Shown here: positions 40,396 through 53,771 of the stretch, piece after piece
Layout of the letters: each line of letters starts with the position of its first letter
Numbering within the stretch: position 1 is the first letter of the stretch
NCBI RefSeq assembly: GCF_006345805.1
Contig: NC_043013.1
Span: forward strand, 10,044,001-10,108,000
DNA: 64,000 nt
Direction: 5' to 3'
Source of the DNA: Octopus sinensis
Taxonomy: Eukaryota
Translations under genes and position numbers: made by a program
Notes under the pieces: model-generated
Seen by the model: the letters and a program-made list of their open reading frames with translations, nothing else
The model's database searches: none
What the model was told of the DNA's origin: nothing

Positions 40396-40968
40396 AGCTT
40401 TAACTATTACTTACAAGAAATAGTTGCAGAGGGATAATGTATTTCTAGCAAGGTTTGATTATATATAGATTTCCTTACGTTATCCTCTTTGAATCATAAT
40501 CAGCTGAATCTCTATTGATTAAAGTTAATATTTATAAGTTTTCTAATAATTAATCGAAGTAATTTTATCAAGATTAATTAACTGAATAAATAATTAACGC
40601 TGAAATTAATTAGCCATGCCAATCTGTAATGTAGTTAACTTCGAAACAATATAACTCCGTTAATGGTTTTTCCTGAAATATGGTCGGCAGTTTATAGTGT
40701 CAAATGTCATAATTATCGCTTACTCTACGCCGGTATACAAGCCTTTTCTTCCACTACAAGCCGTACTCAAAGAGGTTGCAAAATTTAATGATATCTTTGG
40801 AATAGAAATATTTTAACTAGTCTTTTATTTAGATCATTTTGCTATCCACACTCGCTTATCGATTGGTTATTGTCACACCCACTTTACTTTCTTTGATTTT
40901 GTTAATCCTGCTTAGAAACTTCATTTGTTGATTAATCAACCTATTACTGTTCACATGTTTCTTTCTTT

Positions 40969-41079
40969 AGCCTGATGAGTTGGGAGTTATGTAACACGTA
41001 ACGTTTTTTATGGACACTGAATATCTCATTGCATTATTCTTACGCCGCAATAATGATTCTTAACGAAGCAACTGTAACA
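40969..41079 (+). ncRNA. decayed type I hammerhead-like motif with long stem II insert
   Basis: CTGATGA (40972-40978)-gttgggag...ttcttaac-GAAGC-aact-GTA; 8-bp stem II including G-U pairs; GAAA box and stem I mutated. Confidence 0.35.
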
Positions 41080-41105
41080 ACACCAGATAATCCATTCGTC
41101 TGTTT

Positions 41106-41138
<33 letters not shown>

Positions 41139-42116
41139 GCAAAACAAAAATCCAATACAAGGAAAACAGTCTCCTCTATAGGGATGGAATCATCCAGCGT
41201 TTCACTGGTTTGACGGCTTAATACCCAATATAGCAGAGAAAAACTTTCACACAATTCAAATGGGTATATATTCAATATACAAAAAGGAAAAGAAAATGGA
41301 GATAGATGTCAATCGTAAATCTCCATTTTCTTTTTGTTTTTGTATATATATACTACAAGCACATATACACATATACATACATGCACACACATATATATGC
41401 ATAGCTATTTGTGTTTCTTTGTTTGTCCTCTACCATCGCTTGTCAACCAATGTTGGTTTGTTTACATATCCGTAACAGAAAGGTTCAATAAAAGAATGAA
41501 AGAAACTGATAGAATAAGTACGAGGCTTCTAAAAAATAAAAGTACTGGGATCGATTTGTTTGACTAAAAAACCCGGCAATGCTGTTCCCCAGTAAAGCTG
41601 CAGTCCAATGGCTGAAGCAAGCATGGGATACAAGCAAAAAATTCAAAGAATATTGAGTTGAGAACGCAAAGAAAAAAAAAATGGAAGATTTCGAAAGAAG
41701 CGGTAAAGACATGGATTAGAGAGGAATTAAGTGAACTAGATTGACTAGACAATAAACCCTAATTACTATAACATTTAGACAATTAGATATCTGCTAATGA
41801 TTGCAATAAAGACAATTCTTAACTACATCACTCCAGGGATACTATTTGTAATTCTACACGTCTTCCAGATTTTTTGAACTGACTGCAGAAGAACCTGTGA
41901 TTCTTGGTAAACGAATAAAAAAAAAGAAAATGATAATAATAAAAAAAGAAAATAGAGTTAATGTAATATAATATAGTAGGACCTTACCATTAGGGTCCAA
42001 CTGTGACTCGTGAAAGTCAAAGCTATAAAACGCTAAAGTGAATTGAAATAATTATTCTCATAAATCAATTTATCACACTTTCGGATTTATACACCATTCA
42101 TCCGTTTATTTCAAGT

Positions 42117-42117
42117 G

Positions 42118-42155
<38 letters not shown>

Positions 42156-42177
42156 AATTATTATAATTATTGTTGTC

Positions 42178-42253
<76 letters not shown>

Positions 42254-42290
42254 TATTATTGTTATTATTATTATCATTATTATTATTATT
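42117..42290. repeat. (ATT)n microsatellite
   Basis: Directly visible. Confidence 0.95.
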
Positions 42291-42508
42291 GGTGTGTTGA
42301 CATGAAAACAAATATGAAAAACACACAGTTTGTCTGTCTGACTGAACACCTTTTTCTCTCATTTTATTTCTTTCTCTCTCCTTCTCTCTCTCTCTATCTA
42401 TCTCCCTCATTCTCTTTGTGTCTCTCTTATTCAAGCATATTCATAACTACAGACACGCATACACACACGCGCGCACACATGCACATACACTGAGACCCTG
42501 ATGCATAA

Positions 42509-42552
<44 letters not shown>

Positions 42553-42644
42553 AGAGTCCCTTTACAGCGTGTGACTTTACTTATAGTAATAGCCTTTGAA
42601 ATAATAATGTGTGTGCGTGTGTATGTATATATATGTGTATATAC

Positions 42645-42719
<75 letters not shown>

Positions 42720-43140
42720 CATAGAGAGAAACAAAGACCGATTCAGAGAGAGAGAGGGGGGACAGAGGGATGGAAAACTGTCGCACTTTCCGGAGTACAA
42801 GTCGGATTTTATAAACGAAAATTTACAGCCTAAATTGGTAGATCGATTTATACAGGAAAACCTTTTGTGTATCAAAATCCCATGTGAAATGCAACAGGAT
42901 TTGGAAATTTTGTGACGATATCTGATTGTTTGTACTACATGTCTCCACTACATGTTTTCACAATCCAACTTAGAATACCGAATAGCGCCTAAATAACCTT
43001 GAGAGATCCTCTCATATACACTATATTTTCCGACGTACGTGCGACTAATATTTCGGAAAATATATTATAGTATAAAGTTTTTGATAATGTACGATATGTC
43101 TCACAAACCTGATGATTTCGATAAATATTACATGAAATGT

Positions 43141-43560
43141 AGCGCAGGAATGGCTGTGTGGTAAGTAGTTTGCTTACCAACAACATGGTTCCGGGTTCAG
43201 TCCCACTGCGTGGCACCTTGGGCAAGTGTCTTCTGCTATAGCCCCGGGCCGACCAATGCCTTGTGAGTGGATTTGGTAGACGGAAACTGAAAGAAGCCTG
43301 TCGTATATATGTATATGTATATATATGTATGTATGTGTATATGTTTGTGTGTCTGTGTTTGTCCCCCTAGCATTGCTTGACAACCGATGCTGGTGTGTTT
43401 ACGTCCCCGCCACTTAGCGGTTCGGCAAAAGAGACCGATAGAATAAGTACTGGGCTTACAAAGAATAAGTCCCGGGGTCGATTTGCTCGACTAAAGGCGG
43501 TGCTCCAGCATGGCCGCTGTCAAATGACTGAAACAAGTAAAAGAGTAATGAGTAAAGAGT
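43141..43560 (+). mobile_element. tRNA-derived SINE family A, full length
   Basis: A box tggctgtgtgg, B box ggttcagtccc, ccttgggcaagt core, (gtaaaaga)n-like tail. Confidence 0.9.
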
Positions 43561-43755
43561 AATAGTAGAGGTTCGATTTGCGAGGTGTTGGTCTTTGTTA
43601 AAGAGGAACGTTGTATATGTATGAATCCGATAGTAAAGAAATTGGTACGAGGTGTGGGAAAATATAATTAGAAAGAAAGAAATCAGCATTTATTAATGGT
43701 TTTTAGTAGAAGCTGTAGTTTGGAATGTCTCTATACATGTGGTGGCATACTTTAA

Positions 43756-43977
43756 CCCATTCGTTGCTGTATCTATTTTGAGATGCTGTGTGTTTCTTTC
43801 AACTAATTTTAGATATAACAAAGAATTTAGTAAAATAACTTAGTTATCATTAAGCTAGTGTTAGGAACATAAATTTTGGCTAAGGTTTGGTGGAAGATTT
43901 TTAATTAAAACCTATCAAAACAAGACATTTGTATTATAGAGCCAGGAACGGTTTCAGCGAGGTTGGTAACGAAAGGG
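43756..43977. mobile_element. piggyBac-like MITE
   Basis: TTAA|cccattcgttgc ... gtaacgaaaggg TIRs; right-hand TTAA decayed. Confidence 0.55.
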
Positions 43978-45174
43978 TGTATGAATTAGGATAAACAATG
44001 ACTATACTGTTATAGGTGGTGGTAGTGGTAGTATTATTGGTTGTGTAGGTGTTGTTGTTAGTGGTGGTGATAGTGTTTTGCTCTTGGTCATGGTGGTGTT
44101 GGTCTGTTGATGGTGTAGGTGTTGGTATTTTTGTTCTTGTAGTAAGTAGTTCTGGTGATGTGGGTAGTGGTACTATCTTGTTTGTAGTAGAGGTAGTGCA
44201 GTTGGTGGCGGTAATGTTTTTTCTGTAATTTTTGTTGTTGTTGATGGCGGTGGTGGCAGCGGTGTAACTGATGGTCGTGTTGGCGGTTATGGTGTGCAGC
44301 GATGCACTATAAGGGAAATATCGGTTTTCTATGCGCAAAGTGCATTAATATACCTTGATTTCTACGAGCTGAAAATGTAGTCTCTATGTATTCTCCTGAA
44401 TTGCTTGAAATAACTGACAAAGCATCTTTAGATCATTTCCTATTATCTTGAAAAAATAAAATGATTACAGTGAGTAATGTTGTTTTGATATTCTATGGCT
44501 ATAAAGCACAACGGCTCCTTTGATCATAATTCGAGCAGATTCCATTTGGACCTTTAAAAAAAAAAGGTTCCTTCTTTGATTCGGTCCTTTTAACTAGCGA
44601 TTAGCTTTATATCGTTTTATGTTTCATTACGTTCTAGAGATTGAAGTAATGCGGTGAGCTGGCAAGATCGCTTGTCGGACGAAATACTTATCGGCAATAA
44701 CTTAGGGCACTAGCGTCGATGCAATTGACTAACTTTCTCTCTCAAAATTTCAGGCCTTCTGCATACAATTAAAAGGATTATATATTGAGGTAGCCACAAT
44801 AGCAAATTTGCTTAGAACCTTCCTTGCTTTGAATTCTTCGCGCCATATAGGAATTCTTCACGCCATATACGTCACGTACATTTTATATTTTCAATATTTA
44901 CCTCATTACCAATGTTTAAAATCGAATGTATAGTCCTGACCATCGTGCATCTCTAAATATCAAAATTAGATAGGAAGGGGAATGGGAAGGATCACTTGAG
45001 CATATACGTTCATAATCAGTGTTGACCTGTAGCTAAATAATGGTAATATTTGTATTCTATTACAAGCATAGGGTGGATTTGTAAGGCATAATTAAATGGC
45101 ATTTTACTTACATTTAAGTTGCCTGTAATAAAAGGGTAATGTTACGGAACATTATAATATTTTCCGTTTAAACT

Positions 45175-45537
45175 TTACGTGTTCCAGTCACTGGATTGCA
45201 GCCATAGTGGGGCACCACCTTGAAAGGTTTCAGTCGAAAAGTTGGGTACTTATTCTACCGATATCTTTTGACGAATCGCTAGCTTAAGAGGACATAAACA
45301 AACCGAACCGTGTCAAGCGATGGTGTAGGACACATACAACATAAACACACTCATACGCACGTACAAACACAACAACAACGCACACACACACGCACGCACA
45401 TACATGTCGGTTGCCGTCTATTAAATCCATTTACAACACTTTGGTTCGCCTGGGGCTAGAGTAGAAGATACTAGTCCAAGGTGATATGCAAATCATATGA
45501 TTTGGAAGCAAGCTTCGTAACGCACAGTCACGCCTGC
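45175..45537 (-). mobile_element. SINE family A, old copy
   Basis: gggcaccacc..tgtcaagcga..aaatccatttacaa..tagaagata. Confidence 0.65.
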
Positions 45538-46459
45538 ATCTTTGTGAACCCTGATTCCAAAAGCTAGTTGTCTCTTATCCAATGTAATCGTATTGTAAGA
45601 AAAAGATGATCATATGTTTTACATTCAAATATCGACACCAGATTTGTTTAATCATTTAATCAATTAATGCGGCCGAGTAAAAACTTAATACCCTATGCAG
45701 AAAAGAGAAAAGGCAAATAATTTTTTTCTATAAAGGTTTTCAGAAACATTTTTGTAGCCTCATGAAATGAAAAGTTTTATTTCAGGTTGGTAAATACTTG
45801 AGCATGAATTGTAGTGGTAATCTTTGTAATCTTTTGAAAACGAAATTCAAGATATTGTCCCATGCAGCTTGGTAGTGTTTCTACAATGGAAGAAAATTTT
45901 GTCATTCAGTTTCTGGATGGTCTCTACAAGAACAGAATGGTTATTCCATACAACCTGTTCTGTTCGGGACTGAATATGATCTAAGGGAATACGATCGATT
46001 GTATCTAACAGAAACATTGTTTATGTATATTGAACAGTATTTTACATTTCATACAGATTTTACATTTCATACATAAACTTGTATTTTAAATTATCTATTT
46101 CATATTTACAGTAATCCCGTTTGGGTTTTCGTCTCATTATTTTAATTTACTTGGTATATTAACGCTCATTTTAGATATAATGGAAGATGCTACAAATGTG
46201 TTCACTATATACCCTATGACGATTACAGTCTCAAGAAAAATATATTGACCTGACGAGATCCCCAAGTGCAACATATTGCAAGTTTTAATAGATAAAATAA
46301 TGGTTTTTAAGTATATCTAACAAACCTTTTAGCGACCAGTGATATTTTCAATTTTGTCATTGACTTCCCATAAGAGCGTTGTATTCGAAATATCAAGAAT
46401 TATTAACAATAGCCATCATAGACTTTGGATAGTGTAAAACTTATATTTTCAATAAGGAC

Positions 46460-46672
46460 TCGAACAATAACAAGCTTCTTGAAAAAGGACCAGTCAACCA
46501 CCTCCTCACTAACTTCCTTTGCTAAGTATGTAATCAATGCTGATGACATTTATATTGTGACGACTCAACAGAATTCGGGAGCTCCCGCAAGTTCTACGCA
46601 TTCTGTCTGGGTATAAATACCAAACAGAACTTGACTATCGACATATCGCATTCCTTTCGAAGTAATTCTTGC
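46460..46672 (+). repeat. unclassified ~210-bp dispersed repeat, copy 1
   Basis: Aligns by eye to the reverse complement of 53772-53985 (e.g. actatcgacatatcRcattcctttcgaagtaattct). Confidence 0.8.
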
Positions 46673-48037
46673 TAAGTACCGCTCTCAATCACTTAACATT
46701 GCAAATACATAGATAGATAAAACGGTCGATTGGGAAAAATTCTTAGAGCGTCACACAAATATCTTCAAGTATTTGGTTACGTTACTCAGTATCAGGAGTT
46801 CTATTCCCGCCAAATTCTACTCTGCACCCGATCGGGGTCGATTTTATCAACTTTTCCAAACATCCAAAATGTTTGATATCGTACAGCTGTATGTAAGATA
46901 ATGATTATCGATACGTCCGGCTGATATGAATTCCAAATGATTTATCAATCTTTAAATCGATGGCATATTATAACTCCAATTACTATCCAGAAAATTATGA
47001 TCCGCTTTATACTTATAAAAAGCAATACAAGATGCTTTCGTCAATTACATGATGACCAGAATAATATATTTACAAATCTAGTATGACCACTATTTATTCA
47101 GTGCATAAAAGTATTCACGAAGGAAAACACATGCATACATATATATACATACATACATGCATACACCATGCATGCACACGATGATCCGTTGTGCTCTTGA
47201 CCAAACACTTTATTTCTTGTTACTGAAGACCAACTGGGCTGGTAAAAATGAGTAATCATGCCACGGACTGGCTTTTTGTCCGATTGGGGGAAAATAAGCG
47301 GCACAGTGTGCGGGAAACTATCGTTGTAAACCTACGACTAAGAAAGGAGTTCTGACACACACATATTGTGTGTGTATGTGTATCTTCGTATGTATGAATA
47401 CATATTTGGTGGGCATATGTGCGTCGTGTATACATGTATTATAAAAATATACACATATATACGTGTATGTATATAGAGAGAGAGGGAGAGAGAAAAAGGG
47501 AGAGAGAGAGATAAAGAGAGAGATAAAGAGAGAGAGAGAGGTAGAGAGGTACACCAGTTCATATATCATCTTTGGCTTTAGAAGATGTCTACATCATTCT
47601 CTGTAATTTTTACAAGGAAAGGGTACAAATTATAGAAGCACGAATATTTCTGTTGACCTTTCACTTCCAAATAACATACATAATACTTTATTTCTTATTA
47701 TTCTTAACACTTAAACGAATGCTTATTCAGATTCTAAAATTTGCGAAGCATTGAAAAATATGCTATTAATTTTTTGCTATTCATCAAAAACCAGACATCT
47801 TGGATGTTTATCAGAATTGATGAGTAGACAATGATATTGTCTATATTCTCACATTGTTAAACTCTAGATAAACCATACCGTATCAACAGAAATCCTACAC
47901 CTTTCACCTATGCTCACACACATCCAACTACACTTACTCATGTATAGAACGCACAAGCACACATATGTACAGATGTATATACAGGCATATATACATACAT
48001 ACATATGCACACACGCACACACACACACACACATATA

Positions 48038-48081
<44 letters not shown>

Positions 48082-48083
<2 letters not shown>

Positions 48084-48242
48084 CGCAGGAGTGGCTGTGT
48101 GGAAAGTAGCTTTCTTACTGACCGCACGATTCCGGGTTCGGTCGCACTGCGTGGCACCTTCGGCGAGTGTTTTCTTCTATAGCCTGAACCGACCAAAGCC
48201 TGGTGAATGGATTTGGTAGACGGAAACTGAAAAAAGCATGTC

Positions 48243-48243
<1 letters not shown>
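48082..48243 (+). mobile_element. SINE family A 5' half
   Basis: ggcgcaggagtggctgtgtgg...ggaaactgaaa, then microsatellite. Confidence 0.8.
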
Positions 48244-48279
<36 letters not shown>

Positions 48280-48521
48280 GTATATATATATATATGTATG
48301 TATGTACTTTTGTATGTATGTATGTATGTATGTATGTATGTATGTATGTATGTATATACGTTTACGTGTTCATTTTGCAAGATTCTTGATGAGAACTCAT
48401 GTAGTGAAATAGATATTGTATTTGGGGATGGTCATGTTGCCAACTTATCCAATGAAAACACACGCACTATATATCTGGTGTTCACTTGCCTCAGGTTTAT
48501 TTCATATTAATTCTCTTTCGT

Positions 48522-48560
48522 CCAGAGTTCTATCGTCACACTTCTCTGACCTCATCAGTG
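48522..48560 (-). ncRNA. minimal hammerhead-like motif (left arm)
   Basis: ca-CTGATGA-g-gtcaga gaag tgtgac-GATAG-aa-CTC-tgg; GAAA box mutated. Confidence 0.4.
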
Positions 48561-48632
48561 TTTTTCCTTCCTAACAAAATAGAAGATCGTTAGGAAGGAG
48601 AGACACAAAAAAGAAAGAAGAAAGCAAAAGAG

Positions 48633-48670
48633 CACTGATGAGTTCACAGAAGTGTGACGAAAGAACATTG
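48633..48670 (+). ncRNA. minimal hammerhead-like motif (right arm)
   Basis: ca-CTGATGA-gttcaca gaag tgtgac-GAAAG-aa-CAT-tgg; boxes intact, cleavage triplet mutated. Confidence 0.45.
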
Positions 48671-49053
48671 GCCGATATAGAATTAATATGAAATAAAGCT
48701 GAGGCAAGTGAACGCCAAATGTATAGTCCCTGTGTTTACATTGGCCAAACTGGCAACATTCCCATCCCTGCGCCTCTTATAATAACACAATAATATCATT
48801 TATAAAAATATATATCTTTATACTGTTATACTTGGGATGGTAATATTTTGCTAATTAAGCACTCTTTAAAATAATAATTATTATGTTAGTTATTTTGTCA
48901 AAGTTCTTTCGTCATACATCCTCTGAAATCTTCAACGACTCTCTGTCCCACGGATTTCTTCTTAGTCTGCTTATTCCATGAATCAACACACGATTCCACA
49001 TCAAGAATCTTGCTAAACAAATACATTAACGTAATATTTATTTATTATTATTA

Positions 49054-49343
49054 ACATTCAGTAGTTTTATTTTTATAGCGTGCTTTCACTTCACTACCGA
49101 GTGCCTTAGGTATGTGCTGTGATTTGTTGTGATGCTCTGATGGTTACTGTATGGAAAGTGTTCTGCGTAGGATGTGTGCAGTGCCTAGTAGTGCAATTTT
49201 CTGTATGTTATATGTGTTTGTAAGTCCTGGTGTTTTTGTTATGTATTTGTCTGAATATTTTTTTTATCATGCCTAATGCACCTACTATGATAGGAATTGT
49301 TTCTGTTTTTAGATTCCACATTCTGGTTACCTCTATTTCCAGA
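49054..49343 (-). mobile_element. R4/Dong-like 3' fragment, second subfamily
   Basis: LEIEVTRMWNLKTETIPIIVGALGMIKK/YSDKYITKTPG..NIQKIALLGTAHILRRTLSIQ*; short (TAA)n at both ends. Confidence 0.85.
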
Positions 49344-49486
49344 TTATTATTATCACTGTCAGAATGATGTAGACGCATCTGGTGAGAACCCAATAACGTT
49401 CGAAAATCGATTAAGGTTGTTTATCATTTTTTTAAACAGCGGTGCATCAGCATGGCTGCAGATCTGGGCTGAATCCACAGAAAAAA

Positions 49487-49541
<55 letters not shown>

Positions 49542-49542
<1 letters not shown>

Positions 49543-51188
49543 TATGTTTGACTTTTACTTTATATTTGTACAAGTTGGCTCCAAGTCTCACCCAGAGACC
49601 TCAAGAGACAACAGGGTTGGAAGTTCATGTTGTTGTTATGCCTAGTGTGCCATATATTTGGGGGGGGTGGGGATGTTGTACTAATGAATGTCTAAAAAAA
49701 AAAAAGGGGGGTTTTTTTTTCTTCCCTTTAAACCGAAAATTATGTTTGTTTTAAACCTTGAGATTACATAGAGAGTATTTTGCGTAGGATATGAGCAGTT
49801 CCCATGAGCACTATCTTTTGAACTTCTGCCATTTTGGGGTTTCCTGGTATCTGAGTTAGGTAGCTATCAGCCCCTTTTGCTATCATTCCCAGGGCACCTA
49901 TGACAACAGGTATTGTTTTAGGCTTCAGCTTCCACATTTTGCTGATTTCTATTTCAAGATCTTTATATTTGCTCAGTTTTTGGTAGGTCTTGACAGATAC
50001 GTTTATATCGATTGGGACAGTCATATCAATGAGGAGGCATGTTCTTTGTTTGAAGTCTTTCAATATGATGTCTGGCCTATTTGCATCTATCTTCCTGTCA
50101 GTTTGAATGGTGAAGTTCCAGAGGAGTGAGATGTGGTCATTTTCAAGCACTGGGGGTGGTTTGTGTTCCCACCAGTTTTTTTTCATGGGGCAAATCCAGG
50201 TTTTTACAGATTACCCAGTGAATATATTGTGCAGCTCTATCGTGCCTGTTGAGATACTCTGTAGGCGCTAGAAGACTGCACTTGGAGACCACATGGTCAA
50301 TGGTTTCATTTTGTTGCTTGCATACACGACACGTTGGACTGCTTCTGATCTTTAATATGTTGGCCTGGTAGTTTCTTGTTGGTAGGCATTGATCTTGAGC
50401 TGCTATGATAAACCCCTCTGTTTCAGATTTTAAGCCAGAGGCCATTAGCCATTGATGGGTCAGGGCTTTGTCGATATCTGCATTATTCGCTCTCTTTGGG
50501 TATTTGCCATAGAGAGGTTTTTCTTGCCATTTATTATTCAGAATATCTAAGGCCGCAGTTTTGGCACGGGTTTTCATGCGCCTAGCTTTTTCTGTGCTTG
50601 TTTCTTGTATATCTATCTCTAATTCCGAAATTGGTTGTATTCGGAATTCACTTAGATATTCCTTTGCCTGTTTTGTGACTGAGTATGATGCTTTCTTGTT
50701 TTCATGTTTTGAGACAAGTTTTAACATCCAGTCCTCAGAGTTTTTCAGGTAGGTGTCTAGGCCAATTGTAGCAATCTTCATTGTTATTGCCAGTTGCAAA
50801 AGACCACGGCCTCCCTCTTTTCTTGGCAGATAGAGTCGTTCTGTATCTGCCTTAGGGTGGTGCATTCTATGCATTGTCAACAGTTTCCTTATTTTTCTGT
50901 CGAGCTGACATATTTCAGTAATTGACCAGTTAACAATATTGAAACTGTAAGTCACGACTGGTATAGCTAATGCATTGATCGCTTCGATCCTGTTTCTTGC
51001 ATTCAGCTCTGTCTTGAGTATTGCTCTCACTCTTCGATAGCATTCTCTCCTGATCCTTTCCTTCATCTCTGAATGCCTTATTCCGTTCCCTTCAATTACC
51101 CCTAGGTACTTGTAGCTCTCCGCTGGGTCTAGTTCTTTTATGGCATTCTGTTGGTCAAGGTTAACGTTAGATGTTTCTGTCATTTTTC

Positions 51189-51189
<1 letters not shown>
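49542..51189 (-). mobile_element. 5'-truncated R4/Dong-clade non-LTR retrotransposon inserted in (TAA)n
   Basis: (TAA)n directly at both ends (49488-49541 and 51190-51260); coding region plus ~220-bp 3' UTR. Confidence 0.92.
49764..51189 (-). pseudogene. RT C-terminus, CCHC zinc knuckle and restriction-like endonuclease; one frameshift
   Basis: YKYLG, LYLPRKEGGRGL, AAQDQCLPT, CRVC..ETIDHVVSKC, RHD, NRPDIILKD..LIDMTVP..KLSKY; the two listed ORFs join at the A8 run 50176-50183. Confidence 0.93.
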
Positions 51190-51260
<71 letters not shown>

Positions 51261-51274
51261 CATTATTACTAAGC

Positions 51275-51470
51275 TCAAAACCTGTTAGCGCGCTAGAGAA
51301 AATGCTTGGCGGCATTTCTTCCGATTTTACGTTCTGAGTTTAAACTCCACCGAGGTTTGACATAGCCGTTCGTCTTTTCGGGGTCGATGAAATAAGTACC
51401 GCTCTGGTTGATATAATCGACTTATCTCCTACCCCGAAAGTGTTGTTCTTGTGCCAAAAACTGAAACCGT
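51275..51470 (+). mobile_element. SINE family B, diverged
   Basis: gttagc..gaaaatgctt..cgttctgagtttaaactccaccgagg..ggggtcgat..ataagtacc. Confidence 0.7.
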
Positions 51471-52031
51471 TATTACTAGATACAAGCATTTCACTTCTGC
51501 CAAAAAGCCGTACTGTATATTAACGTCTCCGCCTTTCCTAATCAGATAATATTAGGAATAACACAGTAAATTTCAAGCACATGGTAATTATGATATACAG
51601 AGAATTAAAAGATTCAACAAACACGGTAATTAACGAAATTAACTATAGCTGATTATGTGTATAATTATATACGAGAGAGAACTACATTAAAACTTAAATA
51701 GCAAAAGTTGCACAAAATATTGGAGTTATAAACAAATATTTCGCAGATGTAAAGAGTGTATTATCTAAATGGGATAAATTTAGCAGGGAATTCAAAGATA
51801 TAAATAATTTCCATTTCTGATTATTGTACAGAAATGTTAAGACAGGTGGAGATAATTTGACACCTCTAAAACTTAAATCTGGTTATACACTCATAAAAAT
51901 GTTTTTATATTATATATGCGTGTATATACATACATACATATACATATATATAAATAAATATATATATATGTATATATTTATATATATACACACACACATA
52001 TATATATACATATATATATATATACATATAT

Positions 52032-52100
<69 letters not shown>

Positions 52101-52110
52101 TATATTTATG

Positions 52111-52141
<31 letters not shown>

Positions 52142-52849
52142 TATATATATTATATATATAATATATATTATAATATATATATATATATATATATACGTAT
52201 GTATGTATATACAGAAGATATAAATATCACAAATGAAGTAACCTACACACACACAGACAGACACACACATATATGCTAATGTTACGTCAGCAAACGTGCG
52301 AATGCGCAAAAGAAAAAAAGATTGATAATGAAGTATGGATTCTTGACTTCATATTAATAACTGAGTGTTTTTCTTTCTATGATATCACAAAAATAGAAAA
52401 GTACGGATGACTTCGCATACGCACCTAAACGATGTAACATCCATCGATTTCCTAAATGTTAAACAAGAATATACGCAAGCTATATCAATGAACATTGCAG
52501 TATTTAGGGATTAGATCGCAGCAGTGTAACGACATTATGTGAGATTCAGGCCTGGATGCTTGTGGGGTGTAACGAGATAGACGAGAGGAACAAAGCCAGT
52601 TGGCTTACTAAATTTAGTGAACTGTTTCCATGCTAAGATATGCTAAATTTGGCTGCAAGATTCAAGCGGAAAGCCTTTTCTCTGAGAACGGCTGAATGAT
52701 GATATGAAGACTGTTACCTTGTTTTCCAAACTGATGTACCATAATTTTTCGTCGCGAATTCTATGCCAAATGTTTACCCTTATATCATTATTATTTTTTT
52801 TAATAACTCTTTTGATTTTATTTCCTTTTTATTTGCGCATTGCTGTCTC

Positions 52850-53110
52850 GTAGAGACGCGTAGCTTAGTGGTTAGGGTGTCAGCATCATGATCGTAGGAT
52901 TGTGATTTCGATTCCTGAACCGGGCGACGCGTTGTGTTCTTGAGCAAAACACTTCATTTCACGCTGCTCCAAGTCCACTCAGCTGACAAAAATGTGTAAC
53001 GCTGCGATTGACTGGGGTCCCAACGAGCTTGGGACCACATACGTCATGGAAACCGGGAAACCGGGCCCATGAGCCTGGCTAGGCTTTAAAAAGGGTGCAT
53101 TTATTTATTT
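52850..53110 (+). mobile_element. tRNA-derived SINE related to family C
   Basis: A box tagcttagtgg, B box atttcgattcc, cttgagcaaaacact core, gaaaccgggaaa..ggccc..gagcc tail shared with 29559. Confidence 0.8.
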
Positions 53111-53287
53111 TTATTTATTGCCACCACATTTACAGTATTTTATGGTTATCAGTTCAATCGGGTATTTAATTATTTCGTTCTAATTCATTTAATTATATCC
53201 TCAAATATTTTATTACTATCTTTTATTTTCTAACTACTATTACTACTACTACTACTAGTAGTACTAGTAGTAGTAGTAGTAGTAGTA

Positions 53288-53318
<31 letters not shown>

Positions 53319-53563
53319 GTTTGTTTGTTTTGTTGCGTAGCTGTAAGTCAAAACTGATAAGACCATGGCAACAAACGTCCTGCAATTTTTTCCACAAAAA
53401 GTGTACCAAGGACTGCATCATCTGATTTGTCTCTTTTCAAGACAATTTTACGCTGGATTTGTTTTCTATTTCTAGCATTCTGTCGGGCCACGTAGTTCGG
53501 TCTGCTTTGGTTTGGTTTTCCTGTGAGTATTTCTATTGTAGAATTTAGTGTGTATATATATAA

Positions 53564-53628
<65 letters not shown>

Positions 53629-53771
53629 TAGACATTAAAATTCGGAACCAATCACACGATAGAGAAGCGAAAACATAAACAAATGTTAAAGTATTTTAGA
53701 GAAAGAATGAACCAGAAGAATTTCAAGGGGACTGTGTGGCGTTCATTTTATATTGTCTTGAGAATAACTGT

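Larger units (their letters stand above)
48357..49033. mobile_element. palindromic cluster of PLE-pLTR copies carrying hammerhead motifs
   Basis: 48425-48575 inverted at 48589-48768; outer ends also inverted (gcaagattcttgatg / catcaagaatcttgc); homologous to the pLTR at 15432-15660. Confidence 0.75.

Noticed and set aside
43934-44338. Thr-rich mucin-like ORF
   Set aside because: Degenerate (GGT/TGT)n low-complexity tract that runs into a MITE
51190-51315. N-terminal extension with poly-Asn on the 390-aa ORF
   Set aside because: It is the flanking (TAA)n target plus SINE sequence, in frame by chance
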